64,000 nucleotides of DNA from Spirochaetia bacterium. Lineage in GTDB: Bacteria > Spirochaetota > Spirochaetia > DSM-16054 > Sediminispirochaetaceae. The notes beneath the pieces were generated by a model. That model ran no database searches and had not been told where the DNA came from. It saw only the letters and a program-made list of their open reading frames with translations. Both the position numbers and the translations under genes were made by a program. Shown here piece after piece: positions 39,496-49,653 of the stretch (positions are counted from its first letter, which is position 1; the number at the start of each line of letters is the position of its first letter). Location: the NCBI GenBank assembly GCA_034520965.1, contig JAXHMY010000003.1, forward strand, positions 576,001 through 640,000. The letters are read 5' to 3'.

Positions 39496-39963
39496 CTAGA
39501 GCTGCTCCAGTAGATCACTCATCTCAAGCACGCTCATGGCCGTATCCCAGCCCTTGTTGCCGGCTTTGGTGCCGGCCCGATCGACCGCCTGCTCGACGGT
39601 GTCGGTAGTAAGAATACCGAAGCCGATAGGGGTACCGGCTGACAGCGAAAGTGAGGCAATGCCCTTGCTCACCTCGGCGGCCACATAGTCGAAATGGGGT
39701 GTCTCGCCCCGGATTACCGCCCCCAGGCAAATGACCGCATCATAATTGCCCGAGGCCACCACTTTTTTGGCCGCGAGCGGTATTTCCCAGGCCCCCGGCA
39801 CGCGGACGGCGGTAATATCATCTTCCTGCACCCCATGGCGCACGAGACAGTCCGCCGCTCCTTCGAGCAGGCGCTCGGTAACAAATGAATTGAACCGACT
39901 CAGAACAACGGCGAATTTTCTCTTCTCCCCGTTCAATTTTCCTTCAATCTGTTTGATTTTCAT
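39496..39963 (-). CDS. ribH: 6,7-dimethyl-8-ribityllumazine synthase
   Basis: '[15 protein letters not shown]', 'VPGAWEIP', '[15 protein letters not shown]', '[10 protein letters not shown]'. Confidence 0.97.
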   Translation of the reverse strand: MKIKQIEGKLNGEKRKFAVVLSRFNSFVTERLLEGAADCLVRHGVQEDDITAVRVPGAWEIPLAAKKVVASGNYDAVICLGAVIRGETPHFDYVAAEVSKGIASLSLSAGTPIGFGILTTDTVEQAVDRAGTKAGNKGWDTAMSVLEMSDLLEQL

Positions 39964-41165
39964 AGGTGAACTCCTTCTAAGGTATGACCGAATTTTTCTA
40001 TTTTAGTGGTAAGGTACCGCAGGTTCTCCGGCCGTACACCAACCACTAGGTTTTCTCTGTTTTCAATGTGGATGCCGATATTTCGCAGGGCTTGCTCTTT
40101 TTCCGGATTATTGGTGAGCAGCCGTACAGAGGAATAGCCGCGCTGCTTGAGCACCGCCGCAGCCGCTCCGAAACGGCGGGCATCGGCGGCATGGCCTAAC
40201 GCCAGGTTGGCCTCGACAGTATCGGCCCCCGCATCCTGCAGCGCGTAGGCCTTGATTTTTTCAGCCAGGCCGATTCCGCGCCCCTCTTGCTTGAGGTACA
40301 CCAGGGCGCCGCCCTCACTGCCGATTCGCGTGAGGGCAGTCTGCAGCTGCGGTCCGCACTCGCAGCGCACGCTTCCAAAAATTTCCCCCGTAGCGCACTC
40401 CGAGTGAATTCGCACCACCGGACTCTTTGTCGGCCGGGTGCTCTCCAGCAGCACCATATCGCCCGACGCCGGGTCCTCGCTGATGTAGGTCATAATGCGA
40501 AACTCACCGTACTCGGTTGGCAGGGCGCTCTCGCTCTGAAGAGTGACTTTTACATCGCCGACAGCATCGCGATAGCGGATCAGCTCCTCGACGGAGACCA
40601 TCAACAGCCCGTGACGTTCGGCAAAACGCTCCAAGTCGGGAACCCGGGCCATGCTGCCGTCATCATTCATTATTTCGCAAATTACGCCGCTCGGGCTGTG
40701 TCCCGACAGGCGGGCCAGGTCGACTGCCGCTTCGGTGTGTCCCTTGCGCTCGAACACCCCGCCGTCTTTGGCAATCAGCGGAAAGATGTGGCCGGGCCGC
40801 TGCAGATCTTTATCTGTGGTTCCCGCTTCGGCCAGGGCATTAACCGTGCGGGCCCGTTCATGGGCTGAAATACCGGTGCTCGAGCTCGTATGGTCAACGC
40901 TCACCGTAAAGGCAGTCCCGTGGGGATCGCTGCTGCGGTCGGTCATCAGCGGAAGTTCAAGCTCAGCAGCCCTTTCGGCGGTGATCGGCTGGCAGATAAG
41001 ACCCCGCCCATAGGTGGCCATAAAATTGATGGTTTCTGAGGTGGCCTTTTCAGCAACCGCAATCAGATCGCCTTCATTTTCCCGCTCGAAATCATCTACT
41101 ACTATTATCATTTCGCCCCGCTCTAAGGCCTCCAGTGCGCGGGTAATCCCTTCAAAATTATTCAT
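39960..41165 (-). CDS. ribBA: Bifunctional DHBP synthase / GTP cyclohydrolase II
   Basis: Start MNNFEG; '[10 protein letters not shown]', 'TAFTVSVD', 'RPGHIFPL', 'GHTEAAVDL', '[16 protein letters not shown]', 'QEGRGIGL', 'LLTNNP'. Confidence 0.96.
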   Translation of the reverse strand: MNNFEGITRALEALERGEMIIVVDDFERENEGDLIAVAEKATSETINFMATYGRGLICQPITAERAAELELPLMTDRSSDPHGTAFTVSVDHTSSSTGISAHERARTVNALAEAGTTDKDLQRPGHIFPLIAKDGGVFERKGHTEAAVDLARLSGHSPSGVICEIMNDDGSMARVPDLERFAERHGLLMVSVEELIRYRDAVGDVKVTLQSESALPTEYGEFRIMTYISEDPASGDMVLLESTRPTKSPVVRIHSECATGEIFGSVRCECGPQLQTALTRIGSEGGALVYLKQEGRGIGLAEKIKAYALQDAGADTVEANLALGHAADARRFGAAAAVLKQRGYSSVRLLTNNPEKEQALRNIGIHIENRENLVVGVRPENLRYLTTKIEKFGHTLEGVHL

Positions 41166-41775
41166 GCCGTACTCCTGTGTACTGTTTTTGACTTGTGAGT
41201 AATCGCTCAACGTAACGGGCCATGATATCAACCTCGATGTTTACACGGTCCCCCTGTCGTCTATCTGAAAGTACCGTCTCGCGCCAGGTGGTGGGTATCA
41301 CATTAAGTGTGATGCGGCTGCCCCGCAGCGCTGCAATGGTAAGGCTGATTCCCTCCACCGCAACCGAACCCTCGGAAACGCAGTAGCGCGCCAGTTCCTG
41401 CGGCAGGACCAACTCAACATACACGTTTTCACCTCTGCGCTGCACTGCGGTGATACGCGCCAGCCCGTCTACATGCCCCTGCACTACATGGCCTCCCATG
41501 CGGGCGCCGGCCTGCAGGGCACGCTCCAGATTTACCCGCGAACCGGCTTTCAAACTGCCGAGGCTGGTTTTCTGGAGGGAAACTTCTAAAGTTTCCACTG
41601 AAAAACCGTCGGCATGCAGTTCGGTTACGGTTTGACATACACCGTTCACCGCTACAGAATCGCCGAGTTTTAGGTCGTCCAGCACTTTCTGTGCGTTTAT
41701 CCGCAACAGCTGGTAGACACCCCGGCGGTTGACCCGGCCGACTACCCCCACTTCCTCAACGAGTCCCGTAAACAT
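41158..41775 (-). CDS. ribE: Riboflavin synthase
   Basis: 'MFTGLVEEVG', 'GDSVAVNGVCQTV', 'VNLERAL', 'GGHVVQGHVDG', 'VNIEVD'. Confidence 0.96.
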   Translation of the reverse strand: MFTGLVEEVGVVGRVNRRGVYQLLRINAQKVLDDLKLGDSVAVNGVCQTVTELHADGFSVETLEVSLQKTSLGSLKAGSRVNLERALQAGARMGGHVVQGHVDGLARITAVQRRGENVYVELVLPQELARYCVSEGSVAVEGISLTIAALRGSRITLNVIPTTWRETVLSDRRQGDRVNIEVDIMARYVERLLTSQKQYTGVRHE

Positions 41776-42979
41776 GCAATTCCTCCTTGACCGATCGGCT
41801 CACCGATTCGAACCAGCCGCTTCTAAACCCGCTGATTACCGCCTGTGGGCCGATGCTTCGGGTTTCTACCCGCTCCAGCTGCACTGCTTCGGAGATTCTC
41901 TCCGTGTGTAGAGTGCCCAGTCCGCGACCGTCGCCGCCGATCAGAATCGGTGCAATGTAAAGATTCATGGCGTCCCAGAGTCCTGCGTTTATGAAAGAAG
42001 TGATAACCTGAGCACCGCCTTCCACCATGACCGATTGAATTTTTAATTGATACAGCTCATCCAGAACGTGTATCAGGGAGAGTTGCCGCTTGTTCGCAGC
42101 AGGAACTCTACGGATGTGCACACCGGCAGCAGTAAGCTTGTCTACCCGCTTATGAAATGCTGCGCTTTCTGCATACGAAAGAGAAGCGAGGGCGGTTTCG
42201 TCGGCAACACACAATATGAGATCTTCGGCCCGCAGCTGCACGAGTTTGGATGTGAGGGGTGTCCGTGCCAATGCATCCAGCACCACCGCCTTGGGCTGTT
42301 TAGAGTTTACGGCATCATCCTTGCGTGCAAGTCGCACGTTCAGCAGCGGATCATCAGCATGTACCGTACCAGCGCCGACTAACACGGCGTCGTGATCGGA
42401 GCGCAGGTGGTGGACCTCGCTGCGGGCCTGGGCATCGGTAATCCATTTTGAGTCGCCTTGACCGGTAGCGATCTTGCCGTCGAGGGACTGGGCAAGCTTC
42501 AGTCTCACAAAGGGCCGTTTAAGGGCATGGGCGGTGTTGAAGCGTGCATTCTGATACCACAGGCTCCGTGACAACTCTTCATCCGCAGCAATCTCTACCT
42601 CGATACCGGCACGACGCAGCTGTTCCACTCCGCGGCCGCGTACCCGGCTGTTCGGATCGAGCTGTCCGATAACCACCCGACTTACATCTGCACGTATAAT
42701 TTTGGCAGTGCATGGTTCATTGTGTTTATCCGGCGCAGTGAAGGAACAGGGTTCGAGGGTACAGTAAAGCGTAGAACCCCGCGCCAGCTCACCGGCCCTC
42801 TCAAGGGCCAGCGCTTCGGCATGAGGGCCTCCGTACCTGGCGTGATAACCCTCCGCCACAATTTCCGCCTCCCGGACGAGTACCGCCCCGACCTTCGGAT
42901 TCGGACGGACCGCGCTTCCGCCCAGCTTCAACAGAGAATCTGCAGCAGAAAGAAACAACTGATCTTGATGTGTGAACAT
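41756..42979 (-). CDS. ribD: Bifunctional riboflavin deaminase/reductase
   Basis: Start MFTHQD; 'PNPKVGAV', 'GPHAEA', 'TLEPCS', 'KLAQSLDGKIA', 'SKWIT', 'MVEGG'. Confidence 0.95.
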   Translation of the reverse strand: MFTHQDQLFLSAADSLLKLGGSAVRPNPKVGAVLVREAEIVAEGYHARYGGPHAEALALERAGELARGSTLYCTLEPCSFTAPDKHNEPCTAKIIRADVSRVVIGQLDPNSRVRGRGVEQLRRAGIEVEIAADEELSRSLWYQNARFNTAHALKRPFVRLKLAQSLDGKIATGQGDSKWITDAQARSEVHHLRSDHDAVLVGAGTVHADDPLLNVRLARKDDAVNSKQPKAVVLDALARTPLTSKLVQLRAEDLILCVADETALASLSYAESAAFHKRVDKLTAAGVHIRRVPAANKRQLSLIHVLDELYQLKIQSVMVEGGAQVITSFINAGLWDAMNLYIAPILIGGDGRGLGTLHTERISEAVQLERVETRSIGPQAVISGFRSGWFESVSRSVKEELHVYGTR

Positions 42980-43032
42980 GAACCCCCCTATCGGGGAGGG
43001 AGGATAAGAGAAGCTGGTTTGTATGCAGACAT

Positions 43033-43061
43033 AAAAAAACCCGAGTCGTATAGACCCGGGG
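43033..43061 (-). terminator. Riboswitch expression-platform terminator
   Basis: CCCGGGTC-TATAC-GACTCGGG stem plus T7 on minus strand, between the FMN aptamer and ribD. Confidence 0.8.
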
Positions 43062-43130
43062 CTTGGCTTCACAGCTGCATTAGATACGGAACCATTCCGG
43101 CCGAAAGATCGGTGGTTTGATCCTATCTAT

Positions 43131-43265
43131 AGCTTTCTCTCATCCGGACTGTACCGTCGGTACCGGAATTTCACCGGTTCAACCCTGCATACCGCAAGAT
43201 TCGCGGACTTTCACCGCCGGTCGGGAATTATTTCCACCATGGAAATGCACCCTGCCCCGAAAACT
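43131..43265 (-). ncRNA. FMN riboswitch (RFN element)
   Basis: Minus strand: TTCGGGGCAGGGTG..TTCCCGACCGGCGGT..AGTCCGCGA..GTTGAACCGGTGAAATTCCGGTACCGACGGTACAGTCCGGATGAGAGAA, upstream of ribD. Confidence 0.96.
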
Positions 43266-43319
43266 GTATTAATATAATAACCAATTCTAATAAAAGGGTC
43301 AAGTCAAAGTCCGGCGTCT

Positions 43320-43459
43320 CAGCAATTCTCAGTTTGGCTAGTGCAATGCACTATCCAAACTGAGAATGCCTCCAACTGTATTGATCTACCAATTTTTGCT
43401 AAGAAATGAAGCAAATTCTAAATTTGGAAGTCGGAAGACTTCCAAATTTAGAATTGCTG
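43320..43459. mobile_element. MITE-like element, copy 1 (140 bp)
   Basis: TIR CAGCAATTCT(C/A)A(G/A)TTTGG; exact 9-bp direct repeat CCGGCGTCT at 43311-43319 and 43460-43468; no ORF. Confidence 0.85.
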
Positions 43460-43506
43460 CCGGCGTCTGCAGAATTGAAGCAGACAGCGCTGTGTCTTTC
43501 CCGGGC

Positions 43507-44442
43507 CTACGGCTGCGACAGTTGAGCCGCGTACCCGCTGATGCGGTCCACCACCTCGGCTATTACGTGATCATCCGAACGTTTAATACGTAACAACCGT
43601 CCACGCACATCCGGTGAGAACCAGGCGTGGACCGAGCTGTCTCCGGATCCGCTGCGCATGTGCACCGCCCGTATCCAGCGCCCGTCTATCAGCTGAGCCT
43701 CTTCACCCAGAATTTCCATACCGGCGTACAGCGGGTTCAGCTGGGCCTGGTACTCTTCCTGCCGCAGTTGGTCGAACCACGCCGGAGGGCCGGACTTCGG
43801 GCTGCCGGACTCCCATTCGTTGCCGGAGGCCGGGGCCGAATCGGCCAGCATTTCAGTGTAAAAGGGTTCCCGGGATACCTTCTCACCGGAGGCGTTGTTT
43901 TTCAGCAGAATCTGACGGGGCACCGAATTGAGGTCGGTAAAGTACTCGCAGGTAAAGCTGGTGTCGTCGCTTTTATAGTTGAAACGCCACCAGCGGCCTT
44001 TGCCCGGAACCTCCCGTACAAGGCCGCGGGTAATTTCGGCATGCTGCATTCCCTCCTCGTCGTACACCCCCAGGGTGACGGCGCGTCCGGCCTGGTAAGG
44101 ACCGGACTCCAGCCAGGCCACAGTGGCCAGGCGGTCCTCGAATATTCGGTCGCCCCACAGATAGGACTGCAGGCTCTCGGCCATGGCCGAGTACTCTTGG
44201 AACTGCACCAGGGCTTTGATGAACCCTTCGCGGGTGTATTCGTTTTCAAAAGGAGGCAGGGTATCCGGCTTTTCGGGCCGCAGTACTCCGGCTGTTTTCT
44301 CACCGGCCGGCCGGCCGGCGGCTTCCTCCTTCGGCCCCGGAGCGAGCATCCGTTCAATAGATGCACAGCCGCTGAACAACAGTGTAGCGATGATCAGCAG
44401 CGCCGCAGCGCTGCGCCTGATTGTTTTTCCTGTAGTGACCAT
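43507..44442 (-). CDS. Hypothetical lipoprotein
   Basis: Lipobox 'LFSGC'; SD AGGAGG; no other motif. Confidence 0.75.
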   Translation of the reverse strand: MVTTGKTIRRSAAALLIIATLLFSGCASIERMLAPGPKEEAAGRPAGEKTAGVLRPEKPDTLPPFENEYTREGFIKALVQFQEYSAMAESLQSYLWGDRIFEDRLATVAWLESGPYQAGRAVTLGVYDEEGMQHAEITRGLVREVPGKGRWWRFNYKSDDTSFTCEYFTDLNSVPRQILLKNNASGEKVSREPFYTEMLADSAPASGNEWESGSPKSGPPAWFDQLRQEEYQAQLNPLYAGMEILGEEAQLIDGRWIRAVHMRSGSGDSSVHAWFSPDVRGRLLRIKRSDDHVIAEVVDRISGYAAQLSQP

Positions 44443-44470
44443 AGTGCCGCCTCCTGCGCTTCTGTGCAGC

Positions 44471-46678
44471 TTAACCCGATTTCAGTGAGAGGGCAATCCG
44501 TTTGCGCTCGGTGTCTACCTCAAGCACCCGTACCTGTACGGTCTGCTGCAGTTTGACCACCTCGCCTGGGTCGCGCACAAAGCGGTTGGCCATTTCGCTG
44601 ATATGCACCAGCCCGTCCTGCTTCACCCCCACATCCACAAAGGCGCCGAAGCGGGTAATATTGGTCACGATACCCGGCAGAATCATACCCGTCTGCAGAT
44701 CGTCGATAGTGTGCACCTTTGCATCGAAGCTGAACTCTTCGATTGCTTCACGAGGGTCGCGGCCCGGTTTCTCCAGCTCTGCCATGATATCCCGAAGGGT
44801 GGGAAGGCCGACCGTCTCGTTCACGTACTCCTCCGGCTTGATCGCCGTACGACTCTCGGCGTTTTGCATAAGCTGGACCACGCTGCAGCCCTGGTCGGCA
44901 GCCATCTGGGCGACAATGCCGTACGACTCGGGGTGGACCGCCGAAGCGTCCAGCGGGTTCTTCGCGTCGGGAATGCGTAGGAACCCGGCGGACTGCTGAA
45001 AGGCCTTCGGCCCCAGCCCCGGAACCTTTTTCAGGGCGCTGCGGGAGGGAAACGGGCCTTGGGAAGCCCGGTGCGCGACTACGGCGGCCGCCAGCTTGGA
45101 GCCAAGGCCCGAGACGTACTGCAGCAGCGGGGCGCCGGCGGTGTTCAGGTTTACCCCCACCTGGTTTACGCAAGATTCTACCACTGTATCCAGGCCAGCC
45201 TTCAGCAGCTTCTGGTCCACATCGTGCTGGTACTGTCCTACGCCGATCGACTTGGGGTCTATCTTGACCAGCTCCGAAAGCGGGTCCATCAGGCGGCGCC
45301 CAATGGAAACGGCCCCGCGAACCGTCACATCGTGGCCGGGAAACTCCTTGCGGGCCAGGGCCGAGGCTGAATACACCGAGGCGCCGTCCTCGTTTACCAT
45401 GTACACTTCGGGGCCTGGGCCGTGGCCGTGGTCGGCGTCGGCGGCATATAAGCTGCGGAGCAGCTCTTCGGTCTCTCGGCCGGCGGTACCGTTGCCAATG
45501 GCCACCGCGGCAATACGGTAGTCGCGGATGAGCCGCTTCAGCTGCTGCCCGGCCTCGGAGGTTTTGTTTTGGGGCGGATGGGGGTACATAACCTCGTGAG
45601 TCAGCAGCGAGCCCTGTTCATCAAGGCAGACCAGCTTGCAGCCGGTGCGAAAGCCGGGATCGACGGCCAGAACCCTTTTTGGGCCCAAGGGCGGTGAGAG
45701 CAGCAGCTGGCGCAGGTTCTCGGCGAACACGGCAATCGATTCGCGGTCGGCCGCCTCTTTGGCACCGGCCAAAAACTCATTCTCCAGGGAGGGGGCCAGC
45801 AGCCGCTTGTAGGCATCCTCCACCGCTTGGGCCACCTGCCGGCCGCAGGGGTTGTGCTGCTTCACGTGGCGCTGCTGCAGAAGCTGCAGCGCCCGCTCTT
45901 CTTCCGGAGCTACGCTCAGAGAGAGAAAGCCCTCGCGGGCGCCCCGCTGGAGTGCCAAAAAGCGGTGGGCGGGGCAGCGTTTCAGGGGCTCGCTCCACTC
46001 AAAGTAGTCGCGGTACTTGGCGGCCTGCTCCGGGGCGGCTGCTGCTTTTTCTTTGGCCGCTTTCCCTGTTGCCTGCTTCGAACTTATCACCGCGGCTTTA
46101 ACATAATGAGCACGCAGTTGGGCACGGCTTATGCTGTCCTCGTTTACTAACTCGGCAATGATATCCCGGGCTCCCGCCAGGGCGCTGTCGGTGTCGCTAA
46201 TTTTTTCCGATAAAAATTCCCGGGCAAGTTCATGAGGATCAGCCTGGGTTTGTTCCAGCAGCTTCGTGGCCAGAGGCTCCAGGCCGTGTTCGCGGGCAAT
46301 GGTACCGCGGGTGCGGCGTTTTGGCTTGAAGGGAAGGTAGATGTCCTCCAGCTCGCGGGGATCGAAGCTGGCGCGGATGCGTGCGGCCAGCTGATCGGTG
46401 AGCTTGCCCTGATCGGCAATGGTCTCAAGAATGGTGCTGCGGCGCTTCTCGAGGGCTTCAAGCTTTTCCAGTCGCTCCTTGATAGCGGCGATGGCTACCT
46501 CGTCCAGGTTGCCCGTGGCCTCTTTGCGGTAGCGGCTTATAAAAGGGACGGTGGCCTGGTCGGCCAGCAGCTCCCCGGTGCGCTGCACCTGTGCCGGTCG
46601 TATGTTAAGCTCGCCGGCCACCAGTTCGATGTGCGTCGGCAGGGCGTAGATCTGTGTGCGGTCGGTTTTATGTTCCAT
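44471..46678 (-). CDS. tex: Tex family RNA-binding transcriptional accessory protein
   Basis: Start MEHKTD; 'TVPFISRYRKEATG', 'LEDIYLPFKPKRRT', 'DPGFRTGCK', 'IGNGTAGRET', 'DPKSIGVGQYQHD', C-terminal S1 domain. Confidence 0.96.
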   Translation of the reverse strand: MEHKTDRTQIYALPTHIELVAGELNIRPAQVQRTGELLADQATVPFISRYRKEATGNLDEVAIAAIKERLEKLEALEKRRSTILETIADQGKLTDQLAARIRASFDPRELEDIYLPFKPKRRTRGTIAREHGLEPLATKLLEQTQADPHELAREFLSEKISDTDSALAGARDIIAELVNEDSISRAQLRAHYVKAAVISSKQATGKAAKEKAAAAPEQAAKYRDYFEWSEPLKRCPAHRFLALQRGAREGFLSLSVAPEEERALQLLQQRHVKQHNPCGRQVAQAVEDAYKRLLAPSLENEFLAGAKEAADRESIAVFAENLRQLLLSPPLGPKRVLAVDPGFRTGCKLVCLDEQGSLLTHEVMYPHPPQNKTSEAGQQLKRLIRDYRIAAVAIGNGTAGRETEELLRSLYAADADHGHGPGPEVYMVNEDGASVYSASALARKEFPGHDVTVRGAVSIGRRLMDPLSELVKIDPKSIGVGQYQHDVDQKLLKAGLDTVVESCVNQVGVNLNTAGAPLLQYVSGLGSKLAAAVVAHRASQGPFPSRSALKKVPGLGPKAFQQSAGFLRIPDAKNPLDASAVHPESYGIVAQMAADQGCSVVQLMQNAESRTAIKPEEYVNETVGLPTLRDIMAELEKPGRDPREAIEEFSFDAKVHTIDDLQTGMILPGIVTNITRFGAFVDVGVKQDGLVHISEMANRFVRDPGEVVKLQQTVQVRVLEVDTERKRIALSLKSG

Positions 46679-46798
46679 AGGGCTACTATACCCGTGGTGG
46701 GGCGGCTGGTAAATGGGTGGAGCCCAGGTGGAGCCCAGGCGAGGCGGCCATAGGCTTTGCTCAAGATTGGGCTCCAGGCTCGGTGGAGACCAAAAACA

Positions 46799-46867
46799 CT
46801 GTACCTCGATACCGATAGTCAATCAAATTGTGACAAAAAAACGATGACTTTCGGCATCGGGGTACAG
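46799..46867. repeat. Dispersed ~69-bp palindromic element, copy 1
   Basis: CTGTACCTCGATACCGATAGTCA...TGACTTTCGGCATCGGGGTACAG; second copy at 58677. Confidence 0.75.
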
Positions 46868-47043
46868 CGCTTGGATACAGGCCTGTTGACCTGTTCTGAG
46901 TATCGGAGGATTAATTGGAGGATTAATTGCCGGAATTATCGGCGGCTCGGGGTAGGGTTGGATGTCTTCCACCATGGATGTCTCCCCCCGGCCGTTGACA
47001 CGTAGAAAGCATTATGCTATTTTTTATCTCGCATATTATGCTA

Positions 47044-47117
47044 CGGGCTGTAGCGCAGTGGTTTAGCGTACATGTCTGGGGGACATGGGGTCGGCGGTTC
47101 AAATCCGCCCAGCCCGA
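47044..47117 (+). tRNA. tRNA-Pro (GGG)
   Basis: Acceptor CGGGCTG/CAGCCCG, D-arm, anticodon stem CATGT-CTGGGGG-ACATG, T-loop GGTTCAAATCC; no encoded CCA; TTGACA promoter at 46995. Confidence 0.97.
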
Positions 47118-47121
47118 TAAG

Positions 47122-47152
47122 AAAAAAGCACGCCGATAGGTGTGCTTTTTTT
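47122..47152 (+). terminator. Intrinsic terminator after tRNA (potentially bidirectional)
   Basis: AAAAAAGCACGCC-GATA-GGTGTGCTTTTTTT. Confidence 0.8.
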
Positions 47153-47319
47153 GTTGTGCTTCGAAGAGACGAATTTGAACTTTAGTCCGAGCGGTTTGCG
47201 CAGCAACTGCGCATTTCGTTTACACGGTACAAACAGCCTCCATGCGACAGGATCTATTGACCAGGAGTACTATGGTACTCCAGTGGATTCTAGTTTAGTT
47301 AGACTTTCCTCTCGAAAAA

Positions 47320-47628
47320 CTATTTCTTCTGGTACACCGTTGTTTCATCAAAAGAAATCAATTTATCTCCATCTCGAGTGAAGTTAAGATCAAAATGCTC
47401 CAGTTCGAGGATCACTTTGTCTCCCTCCATTTTATAGGTTCCCTCATGGTTAATCGGATTCATGACTGCAGTTCCGTCCTTGTTCAATTCCAGAGAAACC
47501 TTCCCGACCATATCTTCGCTAAAATGTTCAATGCAGTCGTATTTTCCGCTGAGATCATTTGAAGGTCCGCAAGAGATAAGGAAAACAATCAATACCGCAA
47601 CAGTGAAAAGCAATAAAACATTTTTCAT
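47320..47628 (-). CDS. Small hypothetical lipoprotein
   Basis: Lipobox 'LISC'; 'LSGKY..LELNKDGT..EGTYKMEGDKV' lipocalin-like strand pattern; SD AGGAGG. Confidence 0.75.
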   Translation of the reverse strand: MKNVLLLFTVAVLIVFLISCGPSNDLSGKYDCIEHFSEDMVGKVSLELNKDGTAVMNPINHEGTYKMEGDKVILELEHFDLNFTRDGDKLISFDETTVYQKK

Positions 47629-47742
47629 GATATCCTCCTGACATTATATTATGTGATTAAAGTCGAGATATTTCAAGAAAATTTAACGCTATTTTTCTGT
47701 ACGCTATTTTTCTGTACGAAAAAGGCTCGGAAGAATCTCAAC

Positions 47743-48834
47743 TTATTTGATTTTTATGGCGTACACACTTTTGTCGTTTGAACCGACATAAAGGATCCCG
47801 TCAGCAATGACCGGAGTGGATTCCACATCCGCAGCTGTGCGATATTTCTGTAACAAACTACCGTCCGCAACTTTAAGGGCATAGAGATGAACGCTGGAAC
47901 CTGCGTAGACCACACCATCAAAAATCACAGGGGTGGCTTCCACGAACTCTCCGGTTCTGTATTTCCACCTGAGTGTGCCATTATCAGCTGAAACAGAGTA
48001 GATGGAGGTGCTTGAACCGAAATATACGGTATTATCTACCACGGCAGGACCGGATTTTAGCCAGCTGTCGGCCTTGAATTTCCACTTTAGTGAACCGCTT
48101 TTCGTGTGAAAGGCGTAGAGATGCTCATCTGAACAAAAATAGACTGTCTCCTTCATTACAACCGGATCACTGAGATGACTGGGGGCTTTGTATTTCCATT
48201 TCAGGCTTCCGTCTTTCGCATCCAGAACGTATATGAAGTTATCGCCGGAGCAGCAATACAAAACACCGTCCATCACTATGGGTTTGGATCTGACACTGTA
48301 TCGCGTTTTATATCGCCATATCAACGCACCTGTATCATAGTCCAGGGCATACACATGGTAATCATCCGAACCGAAAAACAGGACGTCATTCGCGACCACC
48401 GGACTGGATCTTACCCGGTCGCCTGTTTCAAATTTCCACTTCAGTGTACCGCTTTCTGCATCAATCGCGTAAAGATGCCGATCCCATGAACCTATATAGA
48501 GAATACCCCTGTGCAACGCCGGACTCGAATCTATGAGGCTTCCTGTTTTGTACTTCCATTTCAGGCTCCCGTCTTTAATGTTGACGGCATAGATGTAATT
48601 GTCGTATGACCCAAAGTAAACCGCGCCGGCCCCTGTCGCAGGCCCAGACATCACAGCCCCATTAGTCCTATATTTCCACATTAGATGCTCTCTCATTGAA
48701 CAGGCTGTAATAGACAACAGTACACTGCACAACAAAAAACATAAAATGAACCTGTTTCGAATTTTAGAAAGATTCTTCAAGTAGAGAACCACAGGTAAGA
48801 CATAAAGCGCTGTTAAAACTGAAATATATTTCAT
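47743..48834 (-). CDS. PQQ-binding-like (BamB-type) beta-propeller repeat protein
   Basis: Repeated 'SSP.V..GV.YFGS.D..LYA.D..G.LKWKY.T' units; start uncertain. Confidence 0.88.
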   Translation of the reverse strand: MKYISVLTALYVLPVVLYLKNLSKIRNRFILCFLLCSVLLSITACSMREHLMWKYRTNGAVMSGPATGAGAVYFGSYDNYIYAVNIKDGSLKWKYKTGSLIDSSPALHRGILYIGSWDRHLYAIDAESGTLKWKFETGDRVRSSPVVANDVLFFGSDDYHVYALDYDTGALIWRYKTRYSVRSKPIVMDGVLYCCSGDNFIYVLDAKDGSLKWKYKAPSHLSDPVVMKETVYFCSDEHLYAFHTKSGSLKWKFKADSWLKSGPAVVDNTVYFGSSTSIYSVSADNGTLRWKYRTGEFVEATPVIFDGVVYAGSSVHLYALKVADGSLLQKYRTAADVESTPVIADGILYVGSNDKSVYAIKIK

Positions 48835-48926
48835 CAGGTCCATTATCTCGGGTATCCGTTTTGAAGTCAATCTAATCCATAAATATGCAGTAACTGCTTT
48901 CAAAATGTGATAGAATCTGTACGCAT

Positions 48927-49634
48927 ATGCCGAATAGCAAGAAGAAGTTCAAACCAGTCCCCAAAAGATTTCACCCAAAAGGCTTGAACATCATTTTTGA
49001 GGACCACTACATCGTTGTGGTGGATAAAAGCAGCGGTCTTCTCACGGTAAGCAACGAAAAGGTCAAAGAGAAGACAGCCTATTTTCTGTTGAATGAATAT
49101 GTCAAAAAGGGAAATCAGAAGTCCCGGAACCGGGTTTTCGTTGTGCATCGCCTCGACCGGGATACTTCGGGGCTGCTCGTTTTTGCAAAAACCGAACCGG
49201 CCAAACAGTATCTTCAGAGTGAATGGAAGCACTTTGAAAAAAAATACTACGCCCTTGTGCATGGACAGCTGCCGGAAAAAGGGGGGCTAATTAGCTCATA
49301 TCTCGCTGAGAACAGTATGCACAAAATGTATTCTGTAACTGATCCGAATAAAGGCAAACTGGCAGAGACCGGCTATAAGGTGATTCGCGAATCGAAAAAC
49401 TACAGTCTGCTGCTGATAGACCTGCTTACCGGCAAAAAAAACCAGATACGCGTTCATTTTTCGGAAAAGGGGCATCCGGTGGCGGGAGACAGGACTTACG
49501 GTACCCAAGAAAATGATAAAAACATACACAGACTGGCTCTGCATTCCTGTTTTTTGAAGATCAGGCACCCCTTTACAAAGGAAGAGATGATCTTTGAATC
49601 ACCCCTTCCCGATTATTTCAAGTCGCTGCGCTAA
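48927..49634 (+). CDS. RluA family pseudouridine synthase
   Basis: 'VVDKSSGLL', catalytic 'VHRLDRDTSG', 'TGKKNQIRVH', 'GHPVAGD', 'LALH'. Confidence 0.93.
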   Translation: MPNSKKKFKPVPKRFHPKGLNIIFEDHYIVVVDKSSGLLTVSNEKVKEKTAYFLLNEYVKKGNQKSRNRVFVVHRLDRDTSGLLVFAKTEPAKQYLQSEWKHFEKKYYALVHGQLPEKGGLISSYLAENSMHKMYSVTDPNKGKLAETGYKVIRESKNYSLLLIDLLTGKKNQIRVHFSEKGHPVAGDRTYGTQENDKNIHRLALHSCFLKIRHPFTKEEMIFESPLPDYFKSLR

Positions 49635-49653
49635 TTCTCTGCGGTTAATTCTT

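Noticed and set aside
47687..47718. 15-bp tandem duplication (ACGCTATTTTTCTGT x2)
   Set aside because: Simple local duplication in an intergenic region with no enclosed element or evident function.
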